A DNA stretch of 64,000 nt from Terrimicrobiaceae bacterium (GTDB taxonomy: Bacteria; Verrucomicrobiota; Verrucomicrobiia; Chthoniobacterales; Terrimicrobiaceae). The notes beneath the pieces were generated by a model. The model worked only from the letters and a program-made list of their open reading frames with translations, did no database searches and was not told where the DNA came from. Position 1 is the first letter of the stretch; the number at the start of each line of letters is the position of its first letter. The DNA lies in NCBI GenBank assembly GCA_041752695.1, contig JBGSVZ010000028.1, positions 1-64,000 on the forward strand. The letters are read 5' to 3'. Below are positions 46,501-55,804 of the stretch, in pieces. The position numbers and the translations under genes are program-made.

Positions 46501-49249
46501 GGTGTATGTGGTGAACTCCGCCCTCCAACTCCAGCCCGTCGGCACGCCGGGCGAGTTGCTCATCGGGGGTGATGGGCTTGCTTTGGATTATTTGAACCAA
46601 CCGGCGCTGACGGCCGAGCGGTTTATCGCCAACCCTGTGAGCGGCGCTCCCTCCGCCCGGGTTTATCGCACTGGCGATCTGGCCCGGTGGCATTCCGATG
46701 GTTCCCTCGAATGCCTCGGGCGACTTGATCATCAGATCAAACTTCGCGGCTACCGCATCGAGCCCGGCGAGATCGAATCGCTGCTGGAACGCTCGCCGGG
46801 GGTCGCGCAGGCCGTGGTGGATATTCGCGACGAACGCCTTGTCGCCTGGCTGCGGTTGGAAAAATCCGCCCTTCCCGCCGAGGGCTCGACGCAGTGGCAG
46901 GACAAATGGGAGTCCATTTTCCAGACCGCGATCTCGCAGTCCGGTGACTCGCAACTCGACCACCTCGACGCCGTCATCAATTCCTGGACCGGCGTGGAAA
47001 ACGCCGCCGAGCAGGTCGAGGAATGGATCAGCGTCACGGTCGCCCGGATCCGTGAATTTCATCCCGTCCGTGTGTTCGAAATCGGCTGCGGGACCGGTCA
47101 GCTTTTGTCCCGCCTTGCGCCGAACACCGAAGTCTATTGGGCGGCAGACATCTCCCAAGCCGCCGTGGAGGCGCTGCAAAAAACCGTGACCCTCCCGCAG
47201 GTGAAGCTGTTCCAGCGTCCGGCGGACGATTTTGCCGAAATTCCCGACGGATTCTTTGACACGGTTATCATCAATTCCGTTGCCCAATATTTTCCAGGAG
47301 CCGAATACCTGCGACGCGTCCTGGCCGGCGCGCTGCGCGTTCTGAAACCCGGGGGAAGGGTTTTTCTCGGCGACATTCAAGGATTTGCCCTGCTGCCCGT
47401 GCATCATGCGGAGACTTTGCTGGTGCGCGAGGGTGGGGGAATGACCTGCGGCCAGTTTCGGGAAAAACTCAGCCATCGCCTTGAGCGGGAAAAAGAACTG
47501 TGTCTGGATCCGGACTGGTTCGAGCTCCTGGAACTTCCGGGCCTTGCTCATCGGGAATTTTTCCTGCGCCGCGGAAGATTAGGCAACGAAACGACCGACT
47601 ACCATTACGACGTCGTGCTTCACGCGGGGCCTGCTCCTTCGCTCCTGGCCATTCCCGATTGGAAAACGTGGGATGGTCCGGTCGCATTCGAAAATCTTCT
47701 GGCCGGAGAATCTCGCGTTCTCGCGCTAAAGGATATTCCCGACGCCCGGCTCGCGCGGCAGCTTGGTTTTTATCGCGCAGTGCGGGATCTTCCGGCCGCG
47801 GCAGACGTGCCCGTGCCCACTCATCCGCCCGCGGATGCCGTCAGCGCTGAGGAGTTGTTTGCCGCGGCCGTGACCCTGGGCTATCGCGCTTTCGTGCGAT
47901 GGCAGGGCGACGGATTGTCCGGCTTGCTCGAAGCGGTTTTCCTTCCCTCCGGAAACGCGGCACGGCCTCTTTGGCCACGGGTCCTGACCGGCCATTCTCC
48001 CTCCGGACTGGCTAGCGTGCCCTGGCAGGAGAAGGCGGGGAACGAGCGGGAAGTCTTTGATCGTCTCCGCCGGGAACTGGCGGAACGTCTTCCCGATTAC
48101 ATGATCCCGGGAATGATGGTTTCCGTTCGGGAGTTTCCGCTGACCCCCAATGGGAAAATCGACCGGCGGGCGCTGACCGTCACCATTTGCGGTGAGGCCT
48201 CGACGGGGGGGGAAGCGCCGGAGACCCCTCGGGAGAAGGAACTTGCGGTGCTCTGGGGGGAGATGCTGAACATCTCCGGCATAGGGCGGAACGACGATTT
48301 TTTCGAACTGGGCGGACACTCGTTATTTGCCTTCCAATTGTTTGCTGAGATCCAGAAACGCCACGGCATCTCTTTGCCGTTGGCCAGTTTGTTTCGCGCG
48401 CCGACGTTGCGCGCGCTGGCGGAATTGCTTGACCGGGAGTTGAGTGGTGAAGCCACGGCGGTGCGAGAACTGGAATCCATTATTGCTCCCATTCAGGAAG
48501 AGGGCCACAAACCACCCTTCTTTTGCATCCATGGTGGCGATGGTGGCGTGATCTTTTATCGCGACTTGGCCCGGCACCTTCAACGGGATCGGCCCCTGCT
48601 TGCCGTTGAGTCCCCGGCCTTGAGCGGGGAGGGCGAAATCAAAGTTGAGTCTGTTGAAGATATGGCCGTGCGGTATCTGCAACTCTTGCGCCGTTGTCAG
48701 GAAACCGGTCCTTATTTTCTGGGTGGATATTCCTTTGGCGGGCTCGTGGCCTATGAAATGGCCTGCCAGTTGCACCAGCAGGGGGAGACGGTGGCGTTTC
48801 TTGCGCTCTTTGACACGATCTGTCCGACGGCTCCGAAAAGGCCTTATACCCTGCCGGAACGACTCGTCCGAAACTGGAACGCCGAGACGGAATTTCCCAA
48901 ACGAGTCGCCCGCGTTTTGCGGCGGGCAAAAAACAAGGTCGTGCCATCTCCGACGCCGCGCGAAGTGCCCAGCAATGGAAGTGGGCGTGCGCACGAATTG
49001 GGCAAAGCCCACGAGGCGTTGCATGAGGTCTACCGTCCGCGTCCGTATCCGGGCAAGGTGACACTTTTTAAGGCTCTCGCGGATGATGAGATTTTTAAAT
49101 TTCCCGAGGACTACGGCTGGGCCCGGCTCGCTGGTGAGGTCGAAATTGTCAGCATTCCCGGGCGGCACCTCACGGTATTTGACTCCGAGCATTTGCCGAT
49201 TTTTGGCGCGGAATTAAGGCAACGGATCGAAGATCTCGAAACAGCCTGA
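40559..49249 (+). CDS. Hybrid AT-less PKS/NRPS: KS-ACP-aminotransferase(class III)-C-A-N-MT-PCP-TE
   Basis: KS TACSTS/HGTGT/NVGHL; no AT GHSxG before LPTYPF; ACP LGFDSL; AMT FDEVVTGFR...TYGK; C HHLVCDG; A FTSGSTGRPKG; MT FEIGCGTG/NSVAQYFP; PCP LGGHSL; TE GYSFG. ATGA overlap with the loading gene. Confidence 0.95.
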   Translation: MSLPLDAIAIVGMSGRFPGAEDVNAFWNNLAGGRETITRFPEEETEFSMATAAARAKGATFVRARGILEGADLFDAEFFRIQPREAEIMDPQHRIFLECAWEAIESAGYNSETYPGLIGVYAGSSLSSYLLSNLNQTPEALAKFAGGYPVGDFSTMLGNERDYLPTRVAYKLNLRGPSMAIQTACSTSLVAVCQACTALQAYQCDMALAGGVSVTFPQKREYLYEEDGMISPDGVCRSFDAEAQGTVFSHGSGVVLLKRLADAEAAGDTVLAVIRGYALNNDGSEKIGFAAPGLHAQASVIASAQALADVDPASISYIEAHGTGTPLGDPIEVAALTKAFREGGSSGTGFCALGSAKTNVGHLDVAAGVTGLIKTILQLRHEFIPPLLHFRSPNPRIDFVGSPFFPADQPRSWPRAGAPRRAGVSSFGVGGTNAHVVIEEAPEVLLKAPARRSQLLLLSARSPAALQRMSERLAYHLEDQPGLDLADVSFTLAVGRKAFGYRRALVAASVAEAIRGLRESGTGIVSLPENPNRAATDLLAALSTAVDPAPLQALLGDLWVGGASPDWTVYFAAEKRRRVPLPTYPFERKRFWVEPASKMIEEIDGPAFEEEPAPAGDRRTPLLETLRDLVEELSGRMIEEDDTSFNELGFDSLLLTQVSQAVFTRFGVKVSFRQLLGDVSSLRILADHIDGKLPADAPTQQPVPGKPGSRLPVVRWPGTAGPALVASTRFGPYKSLQRESGDLTDHQRKALDDLIARYVRRTAGSKNCTAENRAHFADPRAVAGFHPLWKEMVYPIVADRSKGSTIWDIDGNAYVDLTMGFGTYFFGHSPDWLVSAVQAQLQKGIEIGPQSASAGAIARDICEFTGQERVTFCNTGSEAVMAALRLARLATGRTRVACFTGDYHGMFDEVLVRGSWVDGEYRAQPVAPGIPSSLVENMLVLDYGTPETLDILRRHAGELAAILVEPVQSRRPDWQPREFLQELRALATRSGAALIFDEVVTGFRCHPGGAQALFGVQADLATYGKVLGGGIPIGVVAGSRKFMDGLDGGDWKYGDDSGPETGMTFFAGTFVRHPLAMAAARAVLLHLREQGPGLQLRMTERTALLARTLNQNFTVAGVPLHMPHFSAVAGLEYAQELPHASLLWYYLREKGLHIWEGRPIYLTSAHTDADFDRVVSAFRDSVGEMQDAHFLPAAPAREALGMAAEFPRVDRSPTTEAQREIWTSASMGDDANRSFNEAITLTFTGPLDRPTLENSLLHIVQRHEALRSTFSADGMEQIFYPAPENVDLPITDLRALSAADRELRLAAECALCTAHVFDLTNGPLLLLRLIILEDQRLVLLVTAHHLVCDGWSLGMIVEELALSYNSGKACRLPMLPPPLPFGNYARALRGPQSENQKDRDYWISLFADGTPTLELPLDRPRPALKTYAGGMETLVVDAGRFARLQKASPRLGGTLFSTLLSVFATLLHRLSGQNDLVIGVPSAGQTLAGSRELIGHCLNFLPLRLRCEEGQAFRAFAEAASRVVIEAYEHQNYTFGSLVRELRLPRDASRLPLVSVMFNIDKSGFDRLSFDGLDFRVGTNAKQFVNFDLFFNLAQSDDRLEVECEYNTDLFDAATIQRWLASFESLIEGVLNDGASTLETLPVLSEAEKDMLAGWNATTCGCPGDRGVHELVASMAAALPDKTAVRCGSSSLSYRDLDQGANRLAAHLQSVGVASGDLVGLCAKRSPEMVVGLLGILKAGAAYVPMDPDFPAQRLGLMVEDTRMRVLVTERDLLDQLSPHHALTVLLDVPLAEPPADFAPVSVGGENPAYVIFTSGSTGRPKGVRIPHRALGNFLTSMRCEPGLTVDDTLLSVTTLSFDISGLEIFLPLTTGATVVLAARETVMDGYLLRDELAQSGATVMQATPATWRLLLEAGWRGDKNLKILIGGEAVPRELVNQLVPLCGSLWNLYGPTETTIWSTVARMESGNTPVRIGRPIDNTQVYVVNSALQLQPVGTPGELLIGGDGLALDYLNQPALTAERFIANPVSGAPSARVYRTGDLARWHSDGSLECLGRLDHQIKLRGYRIEPGEIESLLERSPGVAQAVVDIRDERLVAWLRLEKSALPAEGSTQWQDKWESIFQTAISQSGDSQLDHLDAVINSWTGVENAAEQVEEWISVTVARIREFHPVRVFEIGCGTGQLLSRLAPNTEVYWAADISQAAVEALQKTVTLPQVKLFQRPADDFAEIPDGFFDTVIINSVAQYFPGAEYLRRVLAGALRVLKPGGRVFLGDIQGFALLPVHHAETLLVREGGGMTCGQFREKLSHRLEREKELCLDPDWFELLELPGLAHREFFLRRGRLGNETTDYHYDVVLHAGPAPSLLAIPDWKTWDGPVAFENLLAGESRVLALKDIPDARLARQLGFYRAVRDLPAAADVPVPTHPPADAVSAEELFAAAVTLGYRAFVRWQGDGLSGLLEAVFLPSGNAARPLWPRVLTGHSPSGLASVPWQEKAGNEREVFDRLRRELAERLPDYMIPGMMVSVREFPLTPNGKIDRRALTVTICGEASTGGEAPETPREKELAVLWGEMLNISGIGRNDDFFELGGHSLFAFQLFAEIQKRHGISLPLASLFRAPTLRALAELLDRELSGEATAVRELESIIAPIQEEGHKPPFFCIHGGDGGVIFYRDLARHLQRDRPLLAVESPALSGEGEIKVESVEDMAVRYLQLLRRCQETGPYFLGGYSFGGLVAYEMACQLHQQGETVAFLALFDTICPTAPKRPYTLPERLVRNWNAETEFPKRVARVLRRAKNKVVPSPTPREVPSNGSGRAHELGKAHEALHEVYRPRPYPGKVTLFKALADDEIFKFPEDYGWARLAGEVEIVSIPGRHLTVFDSEHLPIFGAELRQRIEDLETA

Positions 49250-49272
49250 CCGTTCTGCTACGCTGCCGCTCC

Positions 49273-50391
49273 ATGAGTCGCCGCCTGATCCTTTTCACCA
49301 GCCTGCCGCGCGTGGGCGGGCACTCGACGCTCACCTACGGCCTTTGTCGGCTGTTGCGTCCGCACTTCGACGCCATCGAGGTATGGTGCAAGACGATGCC
49401 GGAACACGGCCATTCCGCGGCAGTAGCCGCACAGATCGAGGGCCTGGGTTGCCGGGTTGTTTTGCTCAGCGATGAACAGGGGCGGTTGCGGTGGCGGACG
49501 CTTGCCTCCGCGGTGGCGAGGGCATGGCGAGACCGGCCAACGGTCTTTTTTGCCCTTGCCATGCGGCACCTCTCCGTGCTGCTCGCCGTTCTCGTTGCGG
49601 CGAAAAACTCCATCTACTATCACATCACCCACGACCTCAATCCGGGCACGATCAAGCGGCTGAATTTTTATGCCAGGGTTTTTCAACGCATGGTTTTTAT
49701 CTGCCCGGCGACCTACGACAATTTTCCCGGAGCGGCCAGCAATCCACAGTTCACCTGGGTGCCGCAGTCGTCGGAGATTCCTGTGCGCGAACCGGAGAAA
49801 CTCGCCGCGGAACGAGAGGCGCGGGTCATCCCGGACGGGCCCATCCGCCTTGGTCTTATTGGGCGTCTCACGCAGGACAAGGGCAGTGCGGCCATGATCG
49901 ATTTCATTGATACGACAAAGTCCATCTGCGAGTTCCACGTCGCTGGTGTGGGGCCCTTCGCCGCCGCGTTTCAAGAGCGGGAGTGCCGGACGGGACCTGT
50001 CACAGTGAATTTTCACGGCGCGTATGATCCCGCCGAGCGCGAAGCGTTTCTGCGCAAATTTTTCGGCGGTATCGACCTCCTCCTCGTTCCTTCGCAGGAC
50101 GAATGGGAAACCCTTTCCATGGCGGCCCTTGAATCGATCCAGCACGGTGTGCCCGCCTTGCTCTGCCGCACCGGGGGCCTCGCCTCCTTCGCTCACGCGC
50201 AGCTCGGTCCGGCTGCTGAAGAGGTGGTGCGGTTGGTGAGTCCCCAAGATTATGCCGAAACTTTGGAGAATCTGGCGCAACAGCCTCGACGTCCGCAGGC
50301 CGGGATGGTCATGCCGTGCCGGGACTATTATGAGCAATTCTTCAGTGATTCCGCCGTCTTGCAGCGCTGGCTGGCTGTGCTGATTCGCTGA
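49273..50391 (+). CDS. Glycosyltransferase family 4
   Basis: IGRLTQDKG, LLVPSQDEWETLSMAALE (EX7E), 24 nt after the NRPS/PKS stop. Confidence 0.88.
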   Translation: MSRRLILFTSLPRVGGHSTLTYGLCRLLRPHFDAIEVWCKTMPEHGHSAAVAAQIEGLGCRVVLLSDEQGRLRWRTLASAVARAWRDRPTVFFALAMRHLSVLLAVLVAAKNSIYYHITHDLNPGTIKRLNFYARVFQRMVFICPATYDNFPGAASNPQFTWVPQSSEIPVREPEKLAAEREARVIPDGPIRLGLIGRLTQDKGSAAMIDFIDTTKSICEFHVAGVGPFAAAFQERECRTGPVTVNFHGAYDPAEREAFLRKFFGGIDLLLVPSQDEWETLSMAALESIQHGVPALLCRTGGLASFAHAQLGPAAEEVVRLVSPQDYAETLENLAQQPRRPQAGMVMPCRDYYEQFFSDSAVLQRWLAVLIR

Positions 50392-50477
50392 GAGTATGTC
50401 CGGGCCTTCCATTCGTGCCGACGCACGAAATCAGGAATAATCCTTAAGCCTATCATCCAAAGGACTGAACCTGCCGT

Positions 50478-53400
50478 CTACGGCTGGTGAATTTTGGAAA
50501 CGGCACTAGCTTTTTGGATCGTTAGCGCCAGCAGGTTGGCCTTGATCGGTTTGTTCAAGTAGCCATCCATTCCGACTTCAAAACATTGACGGCGATTGAC
50601 CGCCACAATGTTGGCCGTGAGGGCTGAGATAAAGGTGCGCTTGCTGCCGAGGCTGGAGTTTTCAATGGCCCGAATTTCGATCGTTGCCTGGATGCCGTCT
50701 TTCTTGGGCATCTGGAGATCCATGAGAATGCAATCGGGACGTTTCTGACGGAAGACTTCCACTGCCTCATTGCCGTCTGTGGCCACGAGTGGCTCATAGC
50801 CAAGTTTGCGCAGAACCATGAGCATGAGTTTGAGGTTCACCAGGTCGTCCTCCACCAAGAGGATTTGCAATGGGTGCTTGTCGACAAACGTCTCGTCGAG
50901 AATTTCGATGGGGGGTTCCTCGCTGGTTGGTGCCTCGGGATGCGGGACGTCGAGGGGAAGGGTGACGGTAAATTCGGAGCCGGTGCCGATTGTACTTTGC
51001 ACCCGGAGTGTTCCCCCCATGAGTTCCACCAGATTTCTTGAAATCGCCAGCCCCAGCCCTGTGCCGCCATATCGGCGAGATATGCTAAAGTCGGCCTGGA
51101 CAAACGGTTTGAAGATATTCGCGAGATCCTTTTCCGGAATTCCCGGTCCCGTATCCCTCACAAAAAAATCGATGTCCTGCTGCCCGTCTTTCAGGGATTC
51201 TTTCGAAGGCCGGGTTCCGAAGGTGATCGACCCGTTCGCGGTGAATTTAATGGCGTTGCTGGCGAGGTTGAGCAGGACCTGGCGCAAGCGGCCGGCATCA
51301 TTCCAGAGGTGCTCAGGCGTGCCGTCATCCAAGGTCAATTCGAACTCCAACCCCTTGTCTTGGGCCAGCGGAGCCAGCATGGCATGGATATCCTGCAGGA
51401 TTTCAAGAGGGGAGCAGAGGGACGGTTCGATGGTCAGGCGTCCTGCCTCCAGACGGCTGAAGTCCAAAACGTCATCGAGGATGCGCAGCAAAGACTGGCC
51501 GCTGAAGCGAATGGTTTGCGCCATCTCACTTGATTCCTGCGGCAGGTTGGGTGTTTGGGCCAGCAACTCGGCGAATCCGAGGATGCTGTTCAGAGGCGTC
51601 CGGACCTCATGACTCATCACCGCGAGGAATTCGCTTTTCGCGCGTTCGCCGGCCCGGGCTTTTTCGGCGAGTTCCTTTTCCTGGGCCAGGGCTTCGGCAA
51701 GCTTGGTCTCGCGCACGCGTTTTTCCGTCACATCCCAATTGACACCGACGATTCGTGTCGGGTGACCCGAGGCATCACGCATGATGCTGCCTTCGGCGCG
51801 AATGAAATGCTGTGTTCCGTCGTCGATCCGATGGATTCGAAACTCGGTATTGAAGGCGTTTCTGCCGCTATCCATTGACTCTTTGATCGCCGCGTTCACG
51901 CGGTCACGGTCTTCGGGATCGATGGCGCTCTCCCAGATCTCGAAGGGAAATTCCTTTTCCCACCCGAGGCCATAGAGGGCCAGAACTTTGTCGTCCGCCT
52001 CCACCTTGTCCGTGTGCAGATCGTGTTCCCAGATGCCGGCATTGCTGGCCTTCATGGCAAGTTGCAAACGTTCAAGCGTGCGTTTCAGGATCTCTTGGGA
52101 TTTTTTACGTTCGGTAATGTCGCGTTGTATGCCAATGAAACGTGTCGGCGCGCCTCCCTTGCCGGGGATCGGAGCAATCGAGAGTTCGTTCCAGAAGGGC
52201 TGGCCGTTCTTGCGATAGTTCAGAACCTCTCCTTCAAAAGGTTTCAGCGCTCTGAGCGCGCGGCGAATTTTCCGGATCGTTTCCGGATTGGTCTCGGGCC
52301 CTTGCAGGAAAGCGCAATTCCGGCCCAGAATCTCGCCTTCTTCATAGCCGGTCAGTTTGGAAAAACTGGCGTTGGCATAAGTGATCAATTGTTTCTCGTC
52401 GCTGACCAGAACGCCTTGGGAAACTTCGGCCAGCGCTTGCTCACGCAGACGCAAAGCCTGCTCGGCCATTTTGCGATCCGTGATGTCGCGCACATTGCAC
52501 TGGATGACTTTATGGCCGTTGACCCGGTAGACGTTGCTGACAAATTCCACGTCGATTCTCCGGCCATCGCTCGTTTCCACGGGTAGGTCCTCGTAGCGGA
52601 GGTATTCCTTCCGCTTTAATTCCGCGAAATGCTCTTCGTTGGCCAGGATGTCCTTAAAAAAGCCAAGATCCCAGATCGTCTTGCCCAGAAACTGCGCATG
52701 GGAAAATCCGAGCAATGCGATCAAGAAGGGATTCACGTCCACGACCATTCCCGTATCCGCGTCGAGAATCAGAATCCCATCCTTGGCGCTCTCGAAGAGC
52801 CGCCGGTAACGCAACTCCGAGGCGGTATGCGCCTCGGTGCGGGCAAAGTTTTCCAATGCAAACGAGACATCACTCGCGGCATCCACCAGCAACGCGATCT
52901 CTTTGTCTTGGAAAAAATTCGTCTCAGCCGCGTAAACACAGAGCACGCCGCAGACTTCCTCCTTGATGTGAATGGGAAAAGCTGCGCAACCGTGGAGGTC
53001 GTGCTGTTTCACTTGTTCACGCCATAAGAGCATGACCGGATCCGTGAACGTGTCGTTGCAAATGTACGGTTGGTTCTCCCGGAATGCCGTTCCGGCCGGA
53101 CCCCGACTCTCCGGCCGGTCATCGGTGTAAATTCTGATCGTGCGCAGATACCCACTGTCATCTCCCCAAATGGCCACGGGTTCCAGGAGACGGTTTTTTG
53201 CATCATGCCATCCGATCCAGGCACTCCGGAATCCGCCATGTTTGACGAGTGCCTGGCAGACTTTCTCAAATAGTTCGCTGCGGGTTGGCGTCCGGGCAAT
53301 GGCTTGATTGATCTGGCTGAGCGCGGCATAGAGGCGGCTGAGACGGACAATTTCTCGCTCATGGGTATTGAGGGTCGTGACGTCGGTGCGGATGGCCACG

Positions 53401-53876
53401 TAGCGAAGGGGTTTTCCCTTGACGTCGAGAAAAGGCACAATCGTGGTGTCCATCCAGAAGAGCGAACCATCCTTGGCGCGATTTTTAATCTCTCCCTTCC
53501 AGACTTCGCCACGTTCGATGGTCAGCCACAGATCGTGCATGAATTTTTTCGGGTGAAATCCTGAATTGATGATCCGGTGATCCTGGCCGATCAGTTCCTC
53601 GCGCGAATACTTGGAAATCGCGCAGAACTTGTCGTTAACGTAGGTGATTTTTCCCAGGGTATCGGTGATGGCGACGATGGCATGTTCGTCGAGCGCGGCT
53701 CTGAGGTCCTTGACTTCCTTGAGGAGGGGTTCTTCGTCCAGATATCCCGAGTCTTTCCGAGGGGACATCCGCTTTCCTTCGCCCGCAGGCGATTTGCCAC
53801 AGGTATCCCCGGGACCTGATATCCATCGTTCCGTTACTGTTTCCAGTTTCGGAAATTTCGATTTGGGTTTCATCAT
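50478..53876 (-). CDS. Cytoplasmic hybrid histidine kinase: PAS-GAF-PAS-LOV-PAS-HisKA-HATPase-REC
   Basis: [50 protein letters not shown]3 carries GRNCAFLQG. No TM helix. Start uncertain. Confidence 0.93.
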   Translation of the reverse strand: MMKPKSKFPKLETVTERWISGPGDTCGKSPAGEGKRMSPRKDSGYLDEEPLLKEVKDLRAALDEHAIVAITDTLGKITYVNDKFCAISKYSREELIGQDHRIINSGFHPKKFMHDLWLTIERGEVWKGEIKNRAKDGSLFWMDTTIVPFLDVKGKPLRYVAIRTDVTTLNTHEREIVRLSRLYAALSQINQAIARTPTRSELFEKVCQALVKHGGFRSAWIGWHDAKNRLLEPVAIWGDDSGYLRTIRIYTDDRPESRGPAGTAFRENQPYICNDTFTDPVMLLWREQVKQHDLHGCAAFPIHIKEEVCGVLCVYAAETNFFQDKEIALLVDAASDVSFALENFARTEAHTASELRYRRLFESAKDGILILDADTGMVVDVNPFLIALLGFSHAQFLGKTIWDLGFFKDILANEEHFAELKRKEYLRYEDLPVETSDGRRIDVEFVSNVYRVNGHKVIQCNVRDITDRKMAEQALRLREQALAEVSQGVLVSDEKQLITYANASFSKLTGYEEGEILGRNCAFLQGPETNPETIRKIRRALRALKPFEGEVLNYRKNGQPFWNELSIAPIPGKGGAPTRFIGIQRDITERKKSQEILKRTLERLQLAMKASNAGIWEHDLHTDKVEADDKVLALYGLGWEKEFPFEIWESAIDPEDRDRVNAAIKESMDSGRNAFNTEFRIHRIDDGTQHFIRAEGSIMRDASGHPTRIVGVNWDVTEKRVRETKLAEALAQEKELAEKARAGERAKSEFLAVMSHEVRTPLNSILGFAELLAQTPNLPQESSEMAQTIRFSGQSLLRILDDVLDFSRLEAGRLTIEPSLCSPLEILQDIHAMLAPLAQDKGLEFELTLDDGTPEHLWNDAGRLRQVLLNLASNAIKFTANGSITFGTRPSKESLKDGQQDIDFFVRDTGPGIPEKDLANIFKPFVQADFSISRRYGGTGLGLAISRNLVELMGGTLRVQSTIGTGSEFTVTLPLDVPHPEAPTSEEPPIEILDETFVDKHPLQILLVEDDLVNLKLMLMVLRKLGYEPLVATDGNEAVEVFRQKRPDCILMDLQMPKKDGIQATIEIRAIENSSLGSKRTFISALTANIVAVNRRQCFEVGMDGYLNKPIKANLLALTIQKASAVSKIHQP

Positions 53877-54237
53877 GGCGTGCGGCAATTCGCGCACGGG
53901 GAGGACCAACCTATGTGATGCTAGATCAACTCTAGGCCGATGGAAAGAAAGAACCGCCGACGGGGTCCTGACTATCTCGCATCGAAAGAGGACAAGGACC
54001 CTATGGGGTCATGGCCAAAGTATCCCGGCCAGGACGGCCACTTCGCAGGCACGTTGCCCAAAAAGCGGATGGGGAGGCCTCCATCCTCCACCTGAACCTC
54101 CACGTACCCTCCTGGGAGCATGGCGGGCACGGCGAGTAGGGGGAGGTTCAGGGGTAGGTGTATGTCTTCTCGCATCCCGGCTAGCTTGTCATTGGTCAAA
54201 AGTGCAGCCATTCTGGGATCCCTGATCCATCAGGAAA

Positions 54238-54681
54238 ATGCCTAACCCCATCTCCCGGCTGATTCTTGTCATTTCCCTCGTCGCCGCAGGCTCTCTGGTT
54301 GCTTCCACGCCTGAACAAGAAAAGGCGTTTGTCGAGGCCTACAAAAAGGCCTTCGAGGCCAAGGATGAAAAAACCCTAGCGACTTTCCTTTCGAGCAAAG
54401 GTGCCGACCCGATGGTGCTGGAGTTTTATTCGATGATGATGACGGAGGGAGCGGGTTCAAAAATTGCTTCCATTGAACTTCTCGATCTCACGCCGGAAGA
54501 GGCGAAGGAAGCCGGTGGAGTCAAGGAAGGCCCCGGCGGCACCGATATCAAATTCCCGATCAAGCCCACCAAACGGCTTGTCATCAAGATTACTGACCGT
54601 GGCAATACGAGCACCAGCAGGGTGTTTGTGGCCGAATCCAACGGAAAACTGGTCATTCCAGTCCCCGCTCCCGTAAAGTAG
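54238..54681 (+). CDS. Secreted hypothetical protein
   Basis: Signal peptide, coherent 147-aa ORF. Confidence 0.75.
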   Translation: MPNPISRLILVISLVAAGSLVASTPEQEKAFVEAYKKAFEAKDEKTLATFLSSKGADPMVLEFYSMMMTEGAGSKIASIELLDLTPEEAKEAGGVKEGPGGTDIKFPIKPTKRLVIKITDRGNTSTSRVFVAESNGKLVIPVPAPVK

Positions 54682-54725
54682 CAGGCCACTCTCGCTCGGT
54701 AACGTCCGGGGCCTTCCCGCTTACC

Positions 54726-55733
54726 TTATTCGGCAAGCTTGATTTCGACGCCGGAAGGATTGGCCGTGATCTCGGCTGGCATAAATCCCGGGTCCATGTA
54801 AAGAATCGTGAGTGCCCGGTCTTCCTTAGTCAGGGTCACTGTCCCGCCGACGGGTGCGATGCTCGCTGCGGTTTCTTTCCACCCGGCGGAAACCAAGGCC
54901 TTGCGCAGCGCTTCCACGGCGGCTTTGCCCTTGTTGGCGGGAAGATTAAGTTTCAGTTGGGTTTTGGTCAGAGCCTTCGACGTGGTTCCTGTGGGCAGTT
55001 TCAGGGATACGGTTGCTTTTGGCGCGGCGGCTTCCTTGGCGAGCTTTTCTCTGAGAGAAGCCATGCCCACCGCAACACGCTGTTTTTCGTCCGAGACTTC
55101 CTCCGCTGCGCTGTAGAGTACTGTTGTGCGAAGTTTTTCGTCCGTGAGAACCATCTCAATTCGGATCATTTCGCCCTTAGGACTTTGAAAAATGATCGAG
55201 TAAACAAAGTCTGATTTGTCGGGTTTCGCCATGGTCGTGGACCATTCCGTAGGAGCCAGCGCTTTCCGGTAGAACTCCGCCACGTCGTCCGGTGTCAGGG
55301 CGGCGAGAAAACTCAGACGTTTGGCGGAGTCGTTGTATTGAACGTCCTCCGTGTTCGGCGGCAGGGGCAGGTCGGTCGCCATGGACTCGCTGTTAAAAGA
55401 AATCATGGAGGCTCCGCTCTGGCGGGCCGAGGCTTGTACGGTGACTAATAGTCGGGTTTTGTCGCGTTTGTAGTAGCGCGTGTTGCCAGCAAAACCGTAA
55501 GGAACCCAACCTTGACCAAGCAACAGCTTCTCACAGGCCTCAGCCGTTGCAGCAGCCGGAGCTGCCATCGAGAAGATGCCCGAGTTGGCATCCACGAAAA
55601 CCTTTTTGGCTCCCGGAGGCAGGGGAAGTTTGGAGAAATCCACCCGGGCAGCTTGGGCTGGCAAATGGATCAGCCCCAGAAGCGCGAAGATGAGAAACGG
55701 CCGGGCCGTGGAGGAGCGGGCAGGAGTGTTCAT
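54726..55733 (-). CDS. Secreted hypothetical protein with three repeated alpha/beta units
   Basis: Signal peptide ending AQA-A. Repeats LPLPP...L..xGW occur three times. Confidence 0.75.
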   Translation of the reverse strand: MNTPARSSTARPFLIFALLGLIHLPAQAARVDFSKLPLPPGAKKVFVDANSGIFSMAAPAAATAEACEKLLLGQGWVPYGFAGNTRYYKRDKTRLLVTVQASARQSGASMISFNSESMATDLPLPPNTEDVQYNDSAKRLSFLAALTPDDVAEFYRKALAPTEWSTTMAKPDKSDFVYSIIFQSPKGEMIRIEMVLTDEKLRTTVLYSAAEEVSDEKQRVAVGMASLREKLAKEAAAPKATVSLKLPTGTTSKALTKTQLKLNLPANKGKAAVEALRKALVSAGWKETAASIAPVGGTVTLTKEDRALTILYMDPGFMPAEITANPSGVEIKLAE

Positions 55734-55804
55734 GGATCGGTGGCAAAGTGCGGCTTCGAACCGGTGCGAAGCGATTGCAGAAATCCTGCAGGAATCCAAG
55801 CCCC

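Noticed and set aside
53972..54211. 79-aa ORF upstream of the kinase
   Set aside because: It has no recognisable motif and overlaps strong hairpins, so it was not called as a gene.
50397..54717. GTCCGGG(G)CCTTCC at ~50397 and ~54704 as a target-site duplication
   Set aside because: The match is short, imperfect and GC-rich, and it does not bracket the whole suspected insert.
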